DNA of 13,480 bases from Candidatus Heimdallarchaeota archaeon (GTDB taxonomy: Archaea; Asgardarchaeota; Wukongarchaeia; Wukongarchaeales; JBHIFL01). Each line of letters starts with the position of its first letter. Within the stretch, counting starts at the first letter, position 1. The notes beneath the pieces are model-generated. The model ran no database searches. It saw only the letters and a program-made list of their open reading frames with translations, and was not told where the DNA came from. Positions 8,797 through 13,480 of the stretch are shown here, one piece after another. Made by a program: the position numbers and the translations under genes. The stretch spans positions 1 to 13,480 of the forward strand of contig JBHIFL010000096.1 in assembly GCA_046761065.1 (NCBI GenBank), in the 5' to 3' direction.

Positions 8797-9421
8797 CTTT
8801 TTTTACTCCATTTTAGGTGATCAACAACTCTGCAATATAAGCGTGATGCTACATATGGATAAGATGAGTGACTTATTGGATTTAAAAATACTCAATTAAG
8901 AAAGTTTGAGATAGTTTCCCATGGTTTCAGGATAGCATAGAACGTGTAAACTGTAGAATCGTTTATATAATTGTTTGAAATGTGAAAAATTCATATTGAA
9001 ATTAAATTTCATTGATTCTAAGAGTACACTTACTAGGTGTAACCCTACCCGCTCTATTCCTTACATGTCGAACTTTTTCAGGCCTACTGTTCGAAATATG
9101 CTGGAAATTTCATTTATATCTATAATAATGAGAATTTGGATAATTTAATGAAAAGTATTCATTCATTTTATGACTATTATATATAATATAATATGATATT
9201 AATCCTTGATCAAAAACGCTGAACTGTAGAATGTAAGCATTAAAAGTCACTCATTTTTTATACGAACAATAAATTGTTGAGTTTAATTCAAATGAAGGAA
9301 GGATGTATGTTTTAAAAGAGATTTTAATAACTTCAATAGGGAAAATAAAGGGCAGTGACAGAAAGTTAGCGTAGATAATTACGAACATTGAAATGTAAAT
9401 CTATCTAGAGATAAGCGGAAG

Positions 9422-9462
9422 ATTCATAAATGAATATACTATAGGCTCATTAACGTGGAGGT
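9422..9462 (+). promoter_or_regulatory. Putative promoter/operator and SD of the Lrp/AsnC RAM-domain gene
   Basis: Palindrome ATTCAT-AA-ATGAAT (9422-9435) overlaps a TATA-like TTCATAAA. A strong SD GGAGGT at 9457-9462 ends 7 nt before ATG 9470. Confidence 0.55.
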
Positions 9463-9469
9463 TATTTTC

Positions 9470-9736
9470 ATGCCAATGGCGTTTGTCTTACTAAACACAG
9501 AGATTGGGTCAGAAGATGCGGTTCTAGAAGAATTGATGAATATCCCTGGAGTCCAAGAAGCATACTGAAGTAGAAGCTCTATCTCAGGCTGAGATTTGGT
9601 CTACGGGGTTTATGATCTCATTGCAAAGATCCAAAGCGATAACATGGATACGTTAAAGAATGTAATTATGACAAAAATAAGGCAGTTGGAAAAAGTTCGT
9701 TCGACTCTTACCATGATTGTCATTGAAAGTAGCTAG
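9470..9736 (+). CDS. Stand-alone Lrp/AsnC ligand-binding (RAM) domain protein (demi-FFRP), interrupted: join(9470..9563,9594..9736), 78 aa
   Basis: Genomic translation is MPMAFVLLNTEIGSEDAVLEELMNIPGVQEAY*SRSSISG*DLVYGVYDLIAKIQSDNMDTLKNVIMTKIRQLEKVRSTLTMIVIESS*. Removing 30 nt gives the typical ...IPGVQEAYLVYGVYDLIAKI...KVRSTLTMIV pattern of archaeal AsnC C-terminal domains, with no other lesion. Confidence 0.88.
9564..9593 (+). other. Candidate 30-nt BHB-type (tRNA-endonuclease-spliced) mRNA intron
   Basis: Outer helix CCAAG 9553-9557 / TTTGG 9595-9599, extendable to 12 of 14 pairs over 9544-9557 / 9595-9608. Central helix AAGC 9558-9561 / GCTG 9588-9591 (3 pairs plus A.G). 3-nt bulges ATA 9562-9564 and AGA 9592-9594. 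Inner hairpin CTGAAGTAGA-AGC-TCTATCTCAG. Cuts after the second bulge nucleotide remove both UGA stops and keep the frame. Confidence 0.8.
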
Positions 9737-9777
9737 GTCGGTTAAATGAATTTCAAAAATGGCCTATTCAAGATTTA

Positions 9778-10296
9778 TCAGTCTTTTGAGGGATTTTGCT
9801 GACTGATCCATAGAAAGGCGGGTTGGACACTTTCTCCCGTTTTTGCACTAGTTTCAAAATACGGAGCTTTCATTGTTTTCGCAAATTTTTCTGCACGTGC
9901 TTTTGAAATTTTTCGTTTTTTTCTCGTTATTAAGTCAATTTTATTCCCGCAAATGGCAAAAGGGATTGTTCCAGCATTTCTTTTCATTTCATCTATCCAA
10001 TAATCGAGTTTCGCGAATGTCACAGGCCGTAATAAATCAAAGACAAGAATTGCTCCAGTAGCACCCTTGTAAAAATTTTGCCGGACCTTTTCATATTTTT
10101 CTTGCCCTCCCAAGTCCCAGATCTGAAAGACAAAAGCTTTATCATCAATTTTCATGTCTTTGCGATACACATCGACTCCAATTGTTGATAGATAATCGGC
10201 CTCAAATTTACCAGTGACGAACCGACGACTTAAACTCGTCTTTCCGACAGCGGGTTCCCCAATCATCGTTATCTTACGTATATATGTATCAGACAT
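9778..10296 (-). CDS. Rab-like small GTPase (Ras superfamily; Asgard eukaryotic-signature type)
   Basis: G1 GEPAVGKT, switch I YLSTIGVD, G3 WDLGGQE, FYKGA, G4 NKID, G5 ETSAK. No C-terminal Cys prenylation motif. Confidence 0.93.
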   Translation of the reverse strand: MSDTYIRKITMIGEPAVGKTSLSRRFVTGKFEADYLSTIGVDVYRKDMKIDDKAFVFQIWDLGGQEKYEKVRQNFYKGATGAILVFDLLRPVTFAKLDYWIDEMKRNAGTIPFAICGNKIDLITRKKRKISKARAEKFAKTMKAPYFETSAKTGESVQPAFLWISQQNPSKD

Positions 10297-10414
10297 TTGA
10301 TGATCATCTACTCAAATTCTCACTCACATTGTTTTAGCACATGCAATAATATCTTTTTGCTCTTGTCGGTTAAGTTGATATATTTATAAGAATATTTAAG
10401 ATCATGCTCCTCCG

Positions 10415-11305
10415 GTGATCGAATTGAGTATCCCATCTAGACTTTGGGTGATTATTCGCCTTACAAGATTCGAACATAGTATTATTGGGGGAATTGGAGT
10501 GATTGTAGGAGCTATAATAACAACAGAACTCGAAAAAGCACCGATGAACTTTGAACGCTTATTGGCTGGCATTTTAGTAGCAGTTCTCCTTATTGCTGCA
10601 GGTTTTGCGTTAAATGATCTTGCCGATGTTGAGGTTGATAAATTGAATAAACGATTTGATCGCCCACTTGTTACTGGAGAGCTTACTAAAAATCAAGTCA
10701 TACTTAGCTCAATTGTATGGATCTGCCTTGGAATAATAATAGCTATTTTCCTTGGTCTGTTTTCTTTCGTGATAGCGACAATTTGGTTAGTACTCGCTAT
10801 CCTGTATGATTTCAAATTAAAAGAATTTGGGTTAATTGGAAATATCTATGTTGCAACTACATACGCAGCTCCTTGGTTTTATGGCAGTATGCTATTCTTT
10901 CCTAAAAGTTTCCAAACATGGATCGCTGTCGGATCCCTGTCTTTAATCGCGTTTGTAGCTGGTTTCGGACGTGAAATATTAAAGGGGATCATGGATATCA
11001 AGGGAGACAGAATAAGGAATGTGAGAACCGTTGCACGAACTTATGGAACAAAAAAAGCTGCATATCTGGCTATTTTATTACTCTTTAGTGCCATTATATT
11101 GACACCATTACCCTATTACTATTCCTTCAATAGAAGTCTGATCTATTTATTGTTTGTTTCTATCACAAATCTCTTGCTGATTGGAACGTGTATACCTTTA
11201 TTGAGTGATCAATCTTATGCGACTGCAAGAAAAGCCAGAAATAGAACGCTCATTGCTTTCATCCTTGGTTCATTGGCATTTCTTGGAGGAGTAATTGGCT
11301 CTTGA
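10415..11305 (+). CDS. UbiA-family prenyltransferase, digeranylgeranylglyceryl-phosphate (DGGGP) synthase-like
   Basis: First Asp-rich motif NDLADVEVDKLNKRFDRPL, then YDFKLK, second motif REILKGIMDIKGD, and multiple TM helices. Confidence 0.88.
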   Translation: MIELSIPSRLWVIIRLTRFEHSIIGGIGVIVGAIITTELEKAPMNFERLLAGILVAVLLIAAGFALNDLADVEVDKLNKRFDRPLVTGELTKNQVILSSIVWICLGIIIAIFLGLFSFVIATIWLVLAILYDFKLKEFGLIGNIYVATTYAAPWFYGSMLFFPKSFQTWIAVGSLSLIAFVAGFGREILKGIMDIKGDRIRNVRTVARTYGTKKAAYLAILLLFSAIILTPLPYYYSFNRSLIYLLFVSITNLLLIGTCIPLLSDQSYATARKARNRTLIAFILGSLAFLGGVIGS

Positions 11306-11475
11306 TGGGAGTTTACATAGGATCAGGATCAATTTACCTAGAAGACTCCGCAATGCAGGTAATCATTTTCTATCAGCGATGATTAGGTGTTTACTTTAGT
11401 AAAATTCTTCTTTTTTTCTTCTGTTTTCTTTAGGGTTTTATTCATAGTATTGCTCAATATAAATAGAACCCAAGG

Positions 11476-12966
11476 TCATGATGGCGGTGTTCTAGACATC
11501 AATTGTTGTTGTGTGTGTTTTATTCTTCTCAAGACTGCTCGTGATCCGATCTTCATAGTAAGCATTAAAGCTAGTTTAGTGATAATATTTATTTGTGGAG
11601 CGTTTAGATAACATCCTTGATTCTCAACTTGAGAAGAGTGTTTCCAACACTTGTAGATAAGCTCCCAATGTTTTTCAGTCAAATCTCTCATATTAAAACG
11701 ATGTTCCGTTTTAGCGGAGCCCATTGGTACAAAAAATGTAGGAGTAATTGTGGAGTAGGAACCAGAGAGTGCATCAACAAGTGCTATTGTTTCTTCAATA
11801 TCCTCTTTCTCTTCACCTGGGAGGCCAAGTATTAATGTACACCAAGGAAACCAGTTGTTCTTATTGAGGATTCGAATTGCATCGATAACCACATCATGCC
11901 ACTCGTCAGGAGCAAAAGGAAGGGTTTTATTTGACATATTTTTTTCTATCAACCGTGAAGAACCCGTTTCAATTCCAGGTTGGAGGCCTTGCATTCCTTT
12001 ATATTTTCTCTCTACAATTGCAGTAAGCTCTTCTACCATTTTAGGATCAGCCGCTACCGGAGCCAAGGAGCCATGAGTTGCAAGGATATTATCAACTCCA
12101 TCAATTGCCATAAGTGCTTGATAAAGCTCAACAAGAGCTTCTCTGTTAGGTTGAAAGTTTTTGGAGTTACATTGATAGAGGAAAATATCCTCTGATAAAA
12201 GCCAAGTTGAACGCTTTCCACTCGCTGCATTGATTTCGGCCTCCCCTACAATTTGCTCCTGTGAAATGTTCCTCATTCGACGATGAGTAGAATCGCAGAA
12301 ATGACACCTCCGACCACAGCCCCGAGCGATTTCTATTAAACTATTAATACTAGGTCCTTTTATTAATGGGATCTCATCTACTTGGGGAGGTCTGCCCCGC
12401 ATGATGGAGTCAGCTGTTCCATTCATGATTTTAGTGAAGATTTCAATTCCCGACTTTTCAAATTCGCCTAAGATGACATGATCAATACCATAACGTTCCC
12501 TTTTTTCTCGACTCATGAATTGCCATGAACCAGCTCCACCTATGATGATTTTATGCTTCCCTCTAGGGAGTTTGTTAATCATTCGTTCGAATTTTTTTTG
12601 GGTATGGGGAATCGAATCAGAAAAGATATGAAATGAAGCTGGGATTGGTCCTAGTCCTAGAGGATCCATTGTATTAATCCCTAAAATCTCTGTGTCAGAT
12701 CCAATAAATTTGTCAATATGTTTAGGATGAGCTATCACAACCTCGGAGCGACCGAACTCTTGTAAGAGGGTGGCTTCAACTTTTCGGAGACTATATTGAG
12801 CATATGTTGCTATCCCATTGTTATGGGGCACCAGAGGGGCGAAAATTTGATCATAGAGTAGTTCTGGAATGAATCGCGTTGGCATACTCGAAAGAAATGA
12901 AAATAAGGAGTTATTTCTAAATTCTGTCATTAATGTGTGGTCTGCAGTTAATACAATTCGGGTCAA
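11476..12966 (-). CDS. Archaeal B12-binding-domain-type radical SAM protein
   Basis: CxxxCxxC in EIARGCGRRCHFC. N-terminal IVLTAD, YSLRKVEA, MDPLGLGP, IIIGGAG and ILGE motifs. Later GIETGS and ILGLPGE. TTG start with GGTGG SD. Confidence 0.88.
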   Translation of the reverse strand: MTRIVLTADHTLMTEFRNNSLFSFLSSMPTRFIPELLYDQIFAPLVPHNNGIATYAQYSLRKVEATLLQEFGRSEVVIAHPKHIDKFIGSDTEILGINTMDPLGLGPIPASFHIFSDSIPHTQKKFERMINKLPRGKHKIIIGGAGSWQFMSREKRERYGIDHVILGEFEKSGIEIFTKIMNGTADSIMRGRPPQVDEIPLIKGPSINSLIEIARGCGRRCHFCDSTHRRMRNISQEQIVGEAEINAASGKRSTWLLSEDIFLYQCNSKNFQPNREALVELYQALMAIDGVDNILATHGSLAPVAADPKMVEELTAIVERKYKGMQGLQPGIETGSSRLIEKNMSNKTLPFAPDEWHDVVIDAIRILNKNNWFPWCTLILGLPGEEKEDIEETIALVDALSGSYSTITPTFFVPMGSAKTEHRFNMRDLTEKHWELIYKCWKHSSQVENQGCYLNAPQINIITKLALMLTMKIGSRAVLRRIKHTQQQLMSRTPPS

Positions 12967-13150
12967 GGGAGAAATTCCACCGTACCAACTTTTTCATTGT
13001 CGTGGACACCTTTTTTATCCTTAATGTTTATTATTTTGAGGTGATATCTCCAATATGTAAGATTTATTAAAGAATATCTGAGATCTTTCTCAAACTAATT
13101 TATAATCCTAACAACATGATTAAATTCTTCATCCTTTTACCGCGGATATT

Positions 13151-13480
13151 ATGGAGGAACAGTATTTGAATTTTGCCTCTAAAATTCAGGCTGTTTTTCG
13201 ACTTATACGTGTGGAGCATAGTCTAATTGGAAGTATTGGAGTTGTTGTTGGGGGTATTATCACAACAAGAATTGAGAACACGTTTTTGAATCGATTTCGT
13301 CTCCTTCAAGCCGCTCTTGCAGCTATTTTCCTTATTGCTGGGGGTTTTGCTTTAAATGATTACTTCGATGTTGAGGTCGATAGAAAGAATCGACGTTTTG
13401 ATCGTCCTATTGTCACCGGCGACTTAACAGCCCACCAAGTCTTGATTGGAGCGATTATTGCGTTTATTATAGGCTTAATC
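13151..13480 (+). CDS. Second UbiA-family (DGGGP synthase-like) prenyltransferase, partial (runs off the window end)
   Basis: Open frame MEEQYLNFASKIQAVFRLIRVEHSLIGSIGVVVGGIITT...LIAGGFALNDYFDVEVDRKNRRFDRPIVTGDLT..., clearly paralogous to 10415-11305. The true start may be TTG 13166 behind GGAGG. Confidence 0.88.
   Translation, partial: MEEQYLNFASKIQAVFRLIRVEHSLIGSIGVVVGGIITTRIENTFLNRFRLLQAALAAIFLIAGGFALNDYFDVEVDRKNRRFDRPIVTGDLTAHQVLIGAIIAFIIGLI

Noticed and set aside
8803-8811. Minimal ATG-GAG-TAA uORF just before the KaiC-like TTG start
   Set aside because: More simply explained as the GGAG Shine-Dalgarno site. A mutated longer N-terminus cannot be judged from this window.
9020-9112. tRNA-like or structured ncRNA (GTTCGAA word, short hairpins)
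   Set aside because: There is no T-stem or cloverleaf pairing around GTTCGAA, and the hairpins are short and AT-rich.
9566-9592. Selenocysteine or stop-codon readthrough of the two UGAs in the Lrp/AsnC gene
   Set aside because: Readthrough would leave a 10-residue insert inside the conserved EAYxVYG strand, and these are not Cys-equivalent positions. Neighbouring genes end in TGA, so UGA is not reassigned. BHB excision explains the insert exactly.
9564-9595. Insert as a transposon footprint or tandem duplication making a simple pseudogene
   Set aside because: There is no flanking target-site duplication, only a short internal AGAAGC echo. The rest of the gene and its SD are intact, and the boundaries coincide with BHB geometry. 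Disfavoured, but not formally excluded without RNA data.
9873-12195. Short plus-strand ORFs antisense to the Rab-like and radical SAM genes
   Set aside because: Shadow ORFs with no recognisable motifs.
1-13480. CRISPR array, rRNA/tRNA genes, transposase or integrase
   Set aside because: No regularly spaced repeats, cloverleafs or mobile-element ORFs were seen.

Overview
AT-rich archaeal DNA, most likely from an Asgard archaeon. This is an inference from a Rab-like small GTPase sitting among typical archaeal genes with GGAGG/GGTGA Shine-Dalgarno sites. In order, the window holds: a frameshifted TIGR04076-like gene, purB, an endonuclease Q (PHP/Zn-finger) gene with a C-terminal PIP box, a decayed small membrane gene, a multi-pass membrane protein, hflX, a MEMO1/AmrB-family gene, a hypothetical gene, a KaiC/RAD55-like ATPase, a Rab-like GTPase, and two paralogous UbiA (DGGGP-synthase-like) genes flanking a B12-binding radical SAM gene. 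The main finding is a gene missing from the ORF track: a stand-alone Lrp/AsnC ligand-binding (RAM) domain gene at 9470-9736. It is interrupted by a 30-nt insert carrying two in-frame UGA stops. The insert folds into a bulge-helix-bulge (BHB)-like motif, and canonical tRNA-splicing-endonuclease cuts would remove exactly 9564-9593 and restore an intact 78-aa protein. This is a candidate tRNA-type (EndA/RtcB) mRNA intron in a regulator gene. All family calls come from motif recognition by eye; no searches were run.
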